Source: Cyanobacteria bacterium auto_48_18 (GTDB lineage Bacteria; Cyanobacteriota; Vampirovibrionia; Obscuribacterales; Obscuribacteraceae). Taken from it: a stretch of DNA of 64,000 nucleotides. This document shows, one piece after another, positions 48,251 to 57,103 of the stretch. Position numbers and translations under genes: made by a program. Under the pieces are notes generated by a model, which worked only from the letters and a program-made list of their open reading frames with translations, made no database searches and was not told the DNA's origin. The DNA lies in the NCBI GenBank assembly GCA_036170915.1, contig JAVHQC010000022.1, positions 401,713 to 465,712 of the forward strand. Reading direction: 5' to 3'. The number at the start of each line of letters is the position of its first letter. The first letter of the stretch is position 1.

Positions 48251-49193
48251 AAATCAGGGGTGCCACGATTGAAGCGTCTGACTCAATCACAAATCTCGGA
48301 GTGTCTTCGCCCAATTTGCCCCAGGTGATTTTCTCGTTTGGCACAGCTCCGCTATATGAGCCGTAAGAAGTTGTACTGTCTGAAATCTGGCAGAAATAGC
48401 CCCAGAGCTTGCAGTCTTCTTGCAAGTCTTGCTGAATTAGCGGCACCACACAAATGGGGAAGTCGCCTGCGATGCCGCCGGCAATCTGGAAAAATCCGAT
48501 TGATGAATCTTTGCTCTCGGCCTTATACCAGTCGATCATCATGCCCATGGCTTCCAGACCTGATTTGACTGTGTCTATATTTTTGATGTCTTTGCGAATG
48601 ACGTGCGAAACAAAGATATTGCCTAAAGTTGAATCTTCCCAGCCTGGCGTGATGATAGGCAGATTTTTCTCGCAAGCGGCAAGCATCCACGAGTCTTTTT
48701 TATCAATTTGATAGTGCTTGTCGATTTTGCCTGAGCGAATCAGCTGATACATGAACTCGTAAGGGAAATATCGTTTGCCCTCTTTGTCGGCTGTTTGCCA
48801 CAGTTCGAGCACTTCATTTTCGATGCGGCGAATAGCTTCGTCTTCAGGAATACATGTGTCAGTGACGCGGTTCATGCCACGGCTATGCAGCTCCAGCTCT
48901 TCTTTAGGTGTGAGCTGGCGATAATGGGGCACGCGTTCATAGTGGTTGTGCGCCACTAAATTGAAAATGTCTTCTTCGAGGTTAGCGCCGGTGCAGCAAA
49001 TTGCTTGCACTTTATCCTGGCGAATCATCTCTGCCAGTGACAGTCCGATTTCTGCTGTGCTCATGGCACCAGCCATGGTCAGAAACATCTTGCCACCTTT
49101 TGCCAGATGCTCTATGTAGGCTTCTGAAGCGTCCACAACAACCGCGGCGTTAAAGTGACGGTAGTGGTGCTTGATGAATTCCTTGATGGCCAT
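48228..49193 (-). CDS. Deoxyhypusine synthase-like protein (probable polyamine/homospermidine synthesis)
   Basis: AGAMST, TGANLEED, DSTLG, GSYSGAVPNEKITWGK, SDASIVAP; ATG 49193 with GAGG RBS. Confidence 0.9.
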   Translation of the reverse strand: MAIKEFIKHHYRHFNAAVVVDASEAYIEHLAKGGKMFLTMAGAMSTAEIGLSLAEMIRQDKVQAICCTGANLEEDIFNLVAHNHYERVPHYRQLTPKEELELHSRGMNRVTDTCIPEDEAIRRIENEVLELWQTADKEGKRYFPYEFMYQLIRSGKIDKHYQIDKKDSWMLAACEKNLPIITPGWEDSTLGNIFVSHVIRKDIKNIDTVKSGLEAMGMMIDWYKAESKDSSIGFFQIAGGIAGDFPICVVPLIQQDLQEDCKLWGYFCQISDSTTSYGSYSGAVPNEKITWGKLGEDTPRFVIESDASIVAPLIFAYVLGQ

Positions 49194-49483
49194 GTGCTTC
49201 CTCGGCTGAAGGGCTAAAAACTTCTGAGAGAGTGATCGTAACCCGGAAGTTTTGCCAGCTGGCGCAATGCACATTGTTTGTTAACGGAGGCCTTAGTCGT
49301 CAAGCGCTGGCGGCAGTTAGCGCACTTGAGTTACCGGTAAATCAGGCACTTAATCTTACAGCTTGCATTGAAATTAGACCGTAAATTTGGCGCCTGGCTG
49401 CTTTAAGGACACTTCTATGTGCTGCCCTTGAATGTTTGTGAGTGTTTGCTCATAGAAAGCTCACGATAGTTCGCGCGAATTAT

Positions 49484-49734
49484 TTGCTTTGAATATATGG
49501 CTCTTTCTATAGTAAACACCTAGTCCATTTCTCCGCGTTCTCATTGAGGTCATTTCAAGTCTTTTAACTCTCAAAGAGATTATAGAAACCAACGCAAGAA
49601 CCCGAAGGCACCGCATTTAGTGCGGCCGTGGGCGACTACTTTTCTAACAACTGTGAATGCTTAAGCACGCCGCCTAGCGCTGCTTGACGCACTCATTAAC
49701 GGCCGATTAACGGCCTTAAATCTAGGAGATTACT
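49484..49734 (+). promoter_or_regulatory. Putative promoter and ~215-nt structured 5' leader of the M28 gene
   Basis: TTGCTT-N18-TATAGT (49484-49513); nested stems GCGTT…AACGC and CCGCA-tttag-TGCGG. Confidence 0.4.
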
Positions 49735-50946
49735 ATGCACAACCTTTTCCCTCTGGTGCTGCTGTTTGCAGCATTTGTTTTCATCGTGCTCATTCGTCGT
49801 CGCAAAACTGGTGCCAAGCCTTCCGTCGAAAAGATCGAAGTGCCCACGCCTGCAGCTGCTGCTCACGCTCACCCTCATGACGACGACCACGACCACACTC
49901 CGCCGGCTGGCACTTTTGCTGCTGACGAGAGCGACTTCCACCCCGTTCACCACGGCAAAAACTGGAAGGGCGGCTGCAAATTCGATCCGGCTGAAGTTCG
50001 CCGCACTCGCAATTTCGCCACGCCCAAAATCGATGTCTCGAACCTGCCGGCGCCCGACCCTCGCATGGTCAACGCCTTCAAGGTCATCGACATCGCCCGC
50101 ATCAAAGACACGATGCTGAAGCTCACCGGTGAACTTCCTATCGTCGTGGCCGGCGCCAACGTCACTCTGGCTACGCGCAATACTCACTCTCGTGAGCTCG
50201 ACCTGGCCATGAGCTTCATCGAAGCCCAGTACGCCGCCATCGGCCTCAAAGCCACTCGTGACCCCTACAAGGTGCGCGGCAAGAGTCTGAACAACCTCAT
50301 CATCGAGCTGCCCGGCAAGACCAATCCTTCGCGGGTTGTGATTGTCGGCGCCCACCTCGATTCCACCGCTGGTTCGCCCTGGGCCAACGAAAAGGTTGCA
50401 CCTGGTGCCGACGATGATGGTTCGGGTACTACCGGCATGCTCGAGCTTGCTCGTGCGTTGCTGACGCTCGACTTGCCCTTCACTGTTCGTCTGGTGCACT
50501 TCACCGGCGAAGAGCAGGGTTTGTGGGGCAGCTATGCCTATTCCGACAAGGTTGCGGCGGCGAAAACCGACGTTGTGGCCATGGTCGAGATGGACATGAT
50601 CAGCTACTGCAACAAGCCGGGCAATCGTCTCGATATCCACGACGACATCGACAAGAACGGTTCGCATGACCTGGTGGTGCGGTTCTTCCGCAACATCAAG
50701 CGTTACGGTATCAACCTCACTCCGGTGGATACCCACAACAACGCGGTCAAGGATCGTTCTGACCACGCCGGTTTCCTCGACCATGGCTACAAGGCTGTGC
50801 TCGTCAGCGAGGAATTCACCGACGACGGCTTCAACCCCAACTATCACATGCTCTCCGACCGTGTGAAGAACTGCAATCTGCCGTACATGGTGGAAGTGCT
50901 GAAGGCTGTTACCGCTGTGGTGGCCGAACTGGCTGACTTCAAGTAA
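49735..50946 (+). CDS. M28 family aminopeptidase (leucyl aminopeptidase-like), membrane-anchored
   Basis: AGGAG RBS; N-terminal TM; GAHLDS, PGADDDGSG, GEEQGL, DMI, SDH, YH. Confidence 0.92.
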   Translation: MHNLFPLVLLFAAFVFIVLIRRRKTGAKPSVEKIEVPTPAAAAHAHPHDDDHDHTPPAGTFAADESDFHPVHHGKNWKGGCKFDPAEVRRTRNFATPKIDVSNLPAPDPRMVNAFKVIDIARIKDTMLKLTGELPIVVAGANVTLATRNTHSRELDLAMSFIEAQYAAIGLKATRDPYKVRGKSLNNLIIELPGKTNPSRVVIVGAHLDSTAGSPWANEKVAPGADDDGSGTTGMLELARALLTLDLPFTVRLVHFTGEEQGLWGSYAYSDKVAAAKTDVVAMVEMDMISYCNKPGNRLDIHDDIDKNGSHDLVVRFFRNIKRYGINLTPVDTHNNAVKDRSDHAGFLDHGYKAVLVSEEFTDDGFNPNYHMLSDRVKNCNLPYMVEVLKAVTAVVAELADFK

Positions 50947-50964
50947 CCCTCGAGAAAAACAAAA

Positions 50965-51015
50965 ACGGGCACTGGTTGAAACTGCAAAGTTTCTTCTGGT
51001 GCCCGTCTTTTTTTT
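50965..51015 (+). terminator. Intrinsic terminator
   Basis: ACGGGCAC…GAAACT-gcaa-AGTTTC…GTGCCCGT followed by C-T8. Confidence 0.85.
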
Positions 51016-51098
51016 CGTGAATTGTCCAGCAATGGTCAATTTACTTTTTTTTCGACCCTTTCTATTCATGCATATAGTTGATGGCGGGTGATGCGTGC

Positions 51099-51148
51099 TT
51101 GACACCGACTCTGTAAAAAGCGATGATATATAACGAACGTTCGATATA
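51099..51148 (+). promoter_or_regulatory. Promoter region with palindromic TetR-type operator
   Basis: TTGACA at 51099-51104; TATAACGAAC|GTTCGATATA at 51129-51148, just upstream of the TetR start. Confidence 0.7.
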
Positions 51149-51164
51149 AAAAGTAAAGTGATAA

Positions 51165-51779
51165 ATGCCTAAATTAGTCGACCATCAAAAATATCGCAAT
51201 GAACTGCTTGCGCAAAGCTTCGAATTCTTGGCCGATAAAGGCTATGGCAATGTGACGATGAGAGAGTTGGCTAAGCACTTAGGAATATCAACTGGCACTC
51301 TCTATCACTATTTTCCGAACAAAGAAGCGATCTTTGAAGAGCTAGTTGAGTTTCAAGCAGAACAAGATATCCTTCTGGCTTCTAGCATTGACGACAGCGG
51401 CGATTTGGTGCAGCGTGTCGAAAAACTTTTGAAGCTGATGGCCAATCACCAAGACTACATGCTTAAGCAAGCAATTTTTTGGCTTGAGTTTGCTCGCGAA
51501 AAAGGCTTCGATAATTTGCCGTTGAGTGATGCCACGAAGCGCAGTTGCCAGCGCTACCAAGACTTTCTTCAGCACTATCTGCAAATCGAAGACCCTGCCG
51601 TTGCAAGCTTCGCTGCTATCTATCTCAGTGGGCTGACTCTAGAAATGCCGCTCGGCAATATCGAGATTTCCATTGAGAAACAAAGCGCCATTCTGGCTCA
51701 CTTGCTGGAAGCATATCAGCCTTCCAAATCAATAAACTCAACCAGCTCAACCAGATCAACCAAACCAAAAAACAGGTAA
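51165..51779 (+). CDS. TetR/AcrR family transcriptional regulator
   Basis: GY..VTMRELAKHLGISTGTLYHYFPNKE HTH. Confidence 0.95.
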   Translation: MPKLVDHQKYRNELLAQSFEFLADKGYGNVTMRELAKHLGISTGTLYHYFPNKEAIFEELVEFQAEQDILLASSIDDSGDLVQRVEKLLKLMANHQDYMLKQAIFWLEFAREKGFDNLPLSDATKRSCQRYQDFLQHYLQIEDPAVASFAAIYLSGLTLEMPLGNIEISIEKQSAILAHLLEAYQPSKSINSTSSTRSTKPKNR

Positions 51780-51784
51780 GAGTT

Positions 51785-52981
51785 ATGTTCAATGTAGCGG
51801 CCGTAACCAATAGAAAAAGTTGCTGTGCTGTGGCTACTTTGGGCGCTGGCACTATGGCGCTGGTCGCCTGTGGCTGCTTCAATTTGTCTGCAGCATTAAC
51901 GCCCAGTGCTGCATTACCGAAAAATGATGTTGTTCAAGCCAATCAAATTGCTGTCACCGCTAGCGGGCGCCTCGAACCAGAAGGTGAAATAGCGACGATT
52001 TCAGTTCCGGCATTTCTCAAAGATGAGAGAGTGACGACCGTAAAGATCAAAGAAGGTGATTGGGTAGAAGCCGGGCAAGTGCTCTGCGAGCTAGATGCGG
52101 CGCAAAGGTTAAAGGCCGAAGTCAAAGCAGTTGAGCAAACGGTTAGTGTTGCCCAGGCTAAACTGGCGAGAATTAGAGCTGGAGCTAAAATTGGTGAAAT
52201 TGACGCTCAGAAAGCAGCAGCGGAAAATTACAAATTTGAGCTGAAAAACAAGCTGATAGCGCAAGAGGCCCTGATAAGGAAACAGCAGGCCGAATCTCAG
52301 TTCAATGAAAATGAAGCTAGGCGTTATTTGAGCCTGGCCCATGCAGGTGCAATAAGCACATCACAGGCTGAAAGTAAAAGCACTGCAGCAGCAGCGAGCA
52401 TCGCGCTTTTATCTGAAGCCAGATCAGAAAAGGAACGACTTCAAAGCACACTTAGCGCCAAAATAGACGAGGCGAATGCCTTACTTGAGAAGATAGCCGA
52501 AGTACGAACGGTTGACGTTAATGTTGCTCAAGCCGAAGTTGACGAAGCCAGGGCATTGCTGGCAAGAAAGGCGTTAGATCTTAGATTGGCCACCATTCGT
52601 GCTGCCAAAAGTGGTCGAGTATTGAAGGTAAATGTTCGTGCAGGTGAAAGCATCTCCGACAAGGGCATTGCGCAGATAGCCTTTACCGACAGCATGTGTG
52701 CTATTGCTGAAATACACCAGAGCGACATAGGCAAAATCGTTAAGGGACAGCGCGCCACCATCATTGGAGACGCTTTTGAAGGTATTCTTCACGGTACAGT
52801 CAAGCGCATCGGTTGGCAGGTATTGAAGCAGCGCGTTTATGCGCAAGAGCCTAATGCCAGTAGCGACAATCGTGTGGTGGAAGTAAAAATCGAAATTGAT
52901 CAAGCCGGAATAAAGCAAGTGCAAAATTTGACCAATCTTCAGGTAGAGATTGCCATTCCGCTCGAGCAGAGTAAGGTCTAG
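51785..52981 (+). CDS. devB: ABC exporter membrane fusion protein, DevB family
   Basis: TASGRLEPEGE, coiled coil, AEIHQSDI, DNRVVEVKI, LTNLQV. Confidence 0.88.
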   Translation: MFNVAAVTNRKSCCAVATLGAGTMALVACGCFNLSAALTPSAALPKNDVVQANQIAVTASGRLEPEGEIATISVPAFLKDERVTTVKIKEGDWVEAGQVLCELDAAQRLKAEVKAVEQTVSVAQAKLARIRAGAKIGEIDAQKAAAENYKFELKNKLIAQEALIRKQQAESQFNENEARRYLSLAHAGAISTSQAESKSTAAAASIALLSEARSEKERLQSTLSAKIDEANALLEKIAEVRTVDVNVAQAEVDEARALLARKALDLRLATIRAAKSGRVLKVNVRAGESISDKGIAQIAFTDSMCAIAEIHQSDIGKIVKGQRATIIGDAFEGILHGTVKRIGWQVLKQRVYAQEPNASSDNRVVEVKIEIDQAGIKQVQNLTNLQVEIAIPLEQSKV

Positions 52982-52993
52982 TGGTAGGCGAGC

Positions 52994-54148
52994 ATGAAAG
53001 TCAAAGACTCATTGGCCTGGCTGCAATTGACCCGCGAGAAACCTCGTTTTCTCACGGCTTTAGCTGGCATAGCTTTTGCCTGCGTGCTGATTTTCATGCA
53101 GCTAGGTTTTTTAGAATCACTTTATACCAGCTCAACCAGGCCGCACCATTTACTCAACGCTGATCTTGTCATTGCTCATCCACGTTTGCAGACTTTCTTT
53201 TCTCCTATAAGCTTTCCTCGCCAGCGCATGTATCAGGCCCTCGGCTATCACGGTGTAAGCACGGTTACAGCGCTACGCATCGGCACAATAAAGTGGCGCA
53301 ATCCGCTCTCAAGCAACGTTCGCCCTATTCTCGTATTTGGAATAGATCCAGCCAAGAAACCTTTTGCATTACCAGAAGTGTGTGCCAATGCCCACCATCT
53401 AAAATTATTTAATCGCATACTTTTTGATAAACTCTCGCGCCCTGAATTTGGACCGATCGCCGAGTTGCTTGCCAGCAGAGGGCCAGTCGCTGTGGAGCTA
53501 AATTCTAAGGCTGTACAGGTAGCAGGGTTATTCAGTATTGGCGCCTCATTTGCTGCAGACGGCAATGCTATTACCAGCGATACCACTTTTAATTACATAT
53601 TTGGCAAACAAAGTTCTAACGATATTGACCTTGGCCTGATAAATCTTGTACCTGGGGCAAACCTTGAGTCGACCAGAAAAGCTTTACAGCAAGCTTTTGG
53701 CAATCAAGTGCTGGTCTATACAAAAGCAGAATTTGCCGAAGTAGAAAGGAAATATTGGGCGGAGAGCACAGGTATAGGCTTTATCTTCACTTTAGGTGTA
53801 GTTGTCGGATTCATCGTAGGCGTGGTCATCGTCTATCAAATTTTGTATTCAGATGTATCTGAGCACCTGTCTGAGTATGCCACGCTCAAGGCTATCGGCT
53901 TCCACGATAACTATCTTCTTCAGGTGCTGGGTCTTGAATCAGTAATACTTGCCCTGGTTGGATTTATACCTGCTTTTTTCATAGCTATTGCCATGTATTA
54001 TTCAGCGGCCGAAGTAACGGCCCTGCCGGTATTTATGACGTGGCAACGAGCACTTTTGGTCTTTTCGCTAGCTCTGGCCATGTGCGTCATCTCTGGGGCC
54101 GTTGCTAGTCGCAAATTGCGTCATGCCGATCCGGCTGACGTGTTCTAA
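52994..54148 (+). CDS. devC: ABC exporter permease, DevC family
   Basis: LAWLQL…GIAFA..LIFMQLGF, YQILYSDV..HL.EYATLKA, ADPADVF. Confidence 0.92.
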   Translation: MKVKDSLAWLQLTREKPRFLTALAGIAFACVLIFMQLGFLESLYTSSTRPHHLLNADLVIAHPRLQTFFSPISFPRQRMYQALGYHGVSTVTALRIGTIKWRNPLSSNVRPILVFGIDPAKKPFALPEVCANAHHLKLFNRILFDKLSRPEFGPIAELLASRGPVAVELNSKAVQVAGLFSIGASFAADGNAITSDTTFNYIFGKQSSNDIDLGLINLVPGANLESTRKALQQAFGNQVLVYTKAEFAEVERKYWAESTGIGFIFTLGVVVGFIVGVVIVYQILYSDVSEHLSEYATLKAIGFHDNYLLQVLGLESVILALVGFIPAFFIAIAMYYSAAEVTALPVFMTWQRALLVFSLALAMCVISGAVASRKLRHADPADVF

Positions 54149-54156
54149 GGTGCATT

Positions 54157-54846
54157 ATGTCTATGCCTGATATGACAAATTTGCCGGTGTCTATTAGACA
54201 GCTAGAGCACAGCTTTGGTAGCGGTATCCTCGAAAGAAAGATACTTAGCAATGTTGATCTGGATCTTGAAAAAGGCGAAATTGCGCTACTTACCGGGCCA
54301 TCTGGATCGGGCAAAACAACTCTTTTAACTCTTATCGGCGCCTTGCGAGCAGCACAGACCGGTAGCGTGAGAGTGTTCGGCAATGAGCTTGCAGGGGCCA
54401 GCAAAGATCAGCTGATCAAAACCAGGCAAAACATTGGATATATTTTTCAGGCTCACAATTTGGTGAGTTTCTTAACGGCCGAGCAAAATGTGCGTATGTC
54501 TTTAGAAATAAATTCTGCCATATCAGAACCCCAGGCTCTAGCGATTAGCCGGGAGATGCTTGTAAAAGTTGGTCTTGGTGATCATCTAAACAAATATCCG
54601 GAGCAATTATCCGGTGGTCAAAAACAACGGGTGGCCGTTGCCAGAGCGCTTGCTAGACAGCCGCAACTGATTCTTGCCGATGAACCCACCGCAGCGCTTG
54701 ATAAAAAATCGGGAAGAGATGTGGTTGAGCTGATGCAAAGTTTAGCCAATGAACAAGGCTGCACAATTCTGTTAGTAAGCCACGATAACAGAATTTTTGA
54801 TATCGCTGAGCGCACCATTACTATGGAAGACGGCTGCATTGTTTAG
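54157..54846 (+). CDS. devA: ABC exporter ATP-binding subunit, DevA family
   Basis: GPSGSGKT, LSGGQKQR, ADEPTAALD, SHDNRI. Confidence 0.92.
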   Translation: MSMPDMTNLPVSIRQLEHSFGSGILERKILSNVDLDLEKGEIALLTGPSGSGKTTLLTLIGALRAAQTGSVRVFGNELAGASKDQLIKTRQNIGYIFQAHNLVSFLTAEQNVRMSLEINSAISEPQALAISREMLVKVGLGDHLNKYPEQLSGGQKQRVAVARALARQPQLILADEPTAALDKKSGRDVVELMQSLANEQGCTILLVSHDNRIFDIAERTITMEDGCIV

Positions 54847-54899
54847 TTTAGTTTAGTTAGTTAGTTTGATTGCTACTTACTCTGCGCCGTCAATAGAAG

Positions 54900-55478
54900 T
54901 TACTTTGCAGTACGTTTTTTCAAAGGGGTGAAGGCAGGGTCTGGAGCCTCATTTAAAAGCGTTTCAATTGCTTCCTCTATCTCTTGCCCACGTCTTGGTT
55001 GAAAGCGAATTTTGCCCTTGCCGTCAATTATGTAAATTGTGGGCCAGCCTTGAACTTTCCAGGCCGTGGCAATCGGGCCTGAAGTATCACCACCATCGAC
55101 GATGCATGGCCACTGCACGGTGCCGTTGTCAATTATTTGTCTGAGTTCTTCTCGAGCATCGCTGTTGATGCCTAAAATCGTAAATGGTTTGCCAGCGAAC
55201 CTTTGCACGAGCGACCGCTCGTGTGGATACATTGATCGGCAGGGCCCTCACCAGTTGCCGAAAAAATCGAGCATTACTACTTTGCCACTGTAATCGCTAA
55301 GTTTAATAGCTTTGCCATTGACGTCTTTGCCGACGATTTCTGGTGCGAAACTGCCAATGGGCAGCATGCTTTCTTCTTCGGTCTCGAGTGATCTGATGCC
55401 GCTACTGCCACAACCAGACAAAATCGGCAGGGCGATGAGCAATAGAGTCAGCAACGATTTGATTTTTACTTTATTCAT
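54900..55478 (-). CDS. Candidate selenoprotein: TlpA/redoxin-family lipoprotein with UxxC active site; in-frame UGA at codon 77 (55248-55250)
   Basis: Lipobox LSGC; APEIVGKDVNG..IKLSDYSGKVVMLDFFGNW-U-GPCRSMYPHE…WPTIYIID..G.IR; the two called ORFs are in frame; 192 aa. Confidence 0.88.
55206..55223 (-). promoter_or_regulatory. Candidate SECIS hairpin
   Basis: CACGAGC-ggtc-GCTCGTG, starting after a 24-nt spacer 3' of the UGA; the GGUC loop matches the E. coli fdhF SECIS apical sequence. Confidence 0.7.
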
Positions 55479-55536
55479 AGTGATCCTCACAGGCAATTGC
55501 AGCGACCTATTATCAATCACACTCAAGTTTTATGTG

Positions 55537-55684
55537 ATATTTCGATATTGGCGGAAATATGAAAACGACTTTAGCTGTCGGTGCTTTAACGGCACTTGCT
55601 CCCGAGACCAGACTGGAGATATTCTCTCAAGTGACAGTCATATTACCGGTTATCGGCTCTGCCACCATTGGTGGTGCTAAGTGA
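55537..55684 (+). pseudogene. ArsR/SmtB-family regulator relic (N-terminal 22 codons) with its operator
   Basis: 55559-55684 reads MKTTLAVGALTALAPETRLEIF then unrelated sequence; ATATTTC-N10-GAAATAT inverted repeat at 55537-55560 overlaps the start. Confidence 0.7.
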
Positions 55685-55728
55685 GCGTGGCGACGGTGAA
55701 AATCGGGTGCAAACAAGGGGTGCAATAA

Positions 55729-56178
55729 GTGACGGCAACTATTATCCAAAGCGAAATCGTTTCTAAAGAAGATCAGGATGCCATCATAGCCATTCTGCAA
55801 GCTAACAACGTCAAGTATGGCTACGAATGGGCTTCAGCTCCGCTGTCTGTGACCTTAAAGAACGATGCGGGACTAACGGTGGGTGGTCTGGTGGGCAGCA
55901 CCAACTGGGGCTGGTTGCATGTAGAACTGCTAGCTGTCGATGGCAGCATGCGCGGCCGTGACTATGGTTCGCAGCTCTTGATCCGTGCCGAGCAGATCGC
56001 TTTAAAAAGAGGCTGTCGATATGCTTTTCTTGATACTTTCAGCTTTCAGGCCCGGGGCTTTTACGAGAAACACGGATATGAAGTTTATGGTGTGCTTGAT
56101 GACTTTCCGGCCGGGGCATGCCGCTTTTTCTTGAAAAAAGACTTGGCAACGGCAGTGCAGCATAGCAAACTGCTATAA
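55729..56178 (+). CDS. GNAT family N-acetyltransferase
   Basis: WLHVELLAV..SMRGRDYGSQL, LDTFSFQARGFYEKHGY. Confidence 0.92.
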   Translation: MTATIIQSEIVSKEDQDAIIAILQANNVKYGYEWASAPLSVTLKNDAGLTVGGLVGSTNWGWLHVELLAVDGSMRGRDYGSQLLIRAEQIALKRGCRYAFLDTFSFQARGFYEKHGYEVYGVLDDFPAGACRFFLKKDLATAVQHSKLL

Positions 56179-56252
56179 CCATTGATTGTTTGCTAATGTT
56201 TGATGGAACCTTTGGCATTGATGTGCGGTCTTTGCCAAAAGTCAGTGACAAC

Positions 56253-56298
56253 CTTTTACTAGTCTTCTAATCTTTTTACTAATCTTTTTACTAATCTT
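56253..56298. repeat. 12-bp tandem repeat upstream of TerC
   Basis: CTAATCTTTTTA x2.7 (56267-56298) plus a degenerate upstream copy. Confidence 0.8.
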
Positions 56299-56314
56299 CG
56301 GTGCAAATTTTTAT

Positions 56315-57055
56315 ATGAACATTGTTATGGATGGCGAAACATTTGCAGCGCTGTTGTCGCTTACCTTGATGGAAATTATTCTTGGCATAGACAACATAAT
56401 CTTCATTTCAATTTTGGCAGCGCGTTTGCCGGCCCATCAGCAAGCGCGGGCGCGAATTATAGGCCTGGCGATGGCTATGGTGATGCGGATTATCTTGCTT
56501 TGTTCCCTGGCCTGGGTAATGAGCTTGACCAAACCGTTATTTTCTTTAGCCGGTCATGAAATTTCCGGCCGTGATTTGTTGTTGCTTGGTGGTGGTGCCT
56601 TCCTGATTGGAAAAGCAACCAAGGAGATACACAACCGTATTGAGTCTGATGATCATGAAATTACAAGCAAAGGGCATCCATCTATGCTCAGCACATTGAT
56701 TCAGATTGCAGTTTTAGATATGGTTTTTTCGCTAGATTCGGTGATTACGGCCGTCGGGATGGTGGACCAGATTTGGGTGATGATCGTTGCGGTAATCGTT
56801 GCAGTGATAATTATGATGATTTTCGCCGAGTCTGTCAGCACCTTCATCCACAAGTACCCTACGGTGAAAATGCTGGCTTTAAGCTTTTTACTTTTAATCG
56901 GAGTGGTATTAGTTGGCGAGGGCTTTGGACAGCATATCAATAAGGGTTATATATACGGCGCCATGGCGTTTTCAGTCTTTGTGGAGGTTTTAAACCTGGC
57001 CGCCACTGCTCGAAAGAAACGCAAAGCACAGTTGACACCAACAGCAACAGAATAA
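56315..57055 (+). CDS. TerC family integral membrane protein
   Basis: MEIILGIDNIIFI, KAT.EIH, DMVFSLDSVITAVG, KGYIYGAMAFS. Confidence 0.95.
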   Translation: MNIVMDGETFAALLSLTLMEIILGIDNIIFISILAARLPAHQQARARIIGLAMAMVMRIILLCSLAWVMSLTKPLFSLAGHEISGRDLLLLGGGAFLIGKATKEIHNRIESDDHEITSKGHPSMLSTLIQIAVLDMVFSLDSVITAVGMVDQIWVMIVAVIVAVIIMMIFAESVSTFIHKYPTVKMLALSFLLLIGVVLVGEGFGQHINKGYIYGAMAFSVFVEVLNLAATARKKRKAQLTPTATE

Positions 57056-57103
57056 ATTCAAAGAGCGCTAAAATACGGCATTCGTAAGCTTGGGTATTTA
57101 ATA

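Noticed and set aside
49520..49734. Glycine riboswitch (CCGAAG and CTCTCA words)
   Set aside because: The words occur in the wrong order and the other conserved elements are absent.
49696..51105. 469-aa minus-strand ORF
   Set aside because: Antisense shadow of the codon-biased M28 gene; no motifs, and it runs across the terminator.
54841..54868. GTTTA/GTTA microsatellite after devA, and the Ser/Thr-coding repeat at the GMC start (about 18637-18677)
   Set aside because: Short slippage-type low-complexity tracts with no evidence of function.
39348..55526. Treating 40449-40709/39348-40433 and 55248-55526/54900-55232 as four separate genes, or invoking a UGA=Trp/Gly genetic code
   Set aside because: Each pair is in frame and the halves complete one fold. 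Other genes terminate normally at TGA and Trp is encoded by TGG, so global reassignment is unsupported.
56179..56314. yybP-ykoY (Mn) riboswitch expected upstream of TerC
   Set aside because: No recognisable consensus; only a T-rich tandem repeat is present.
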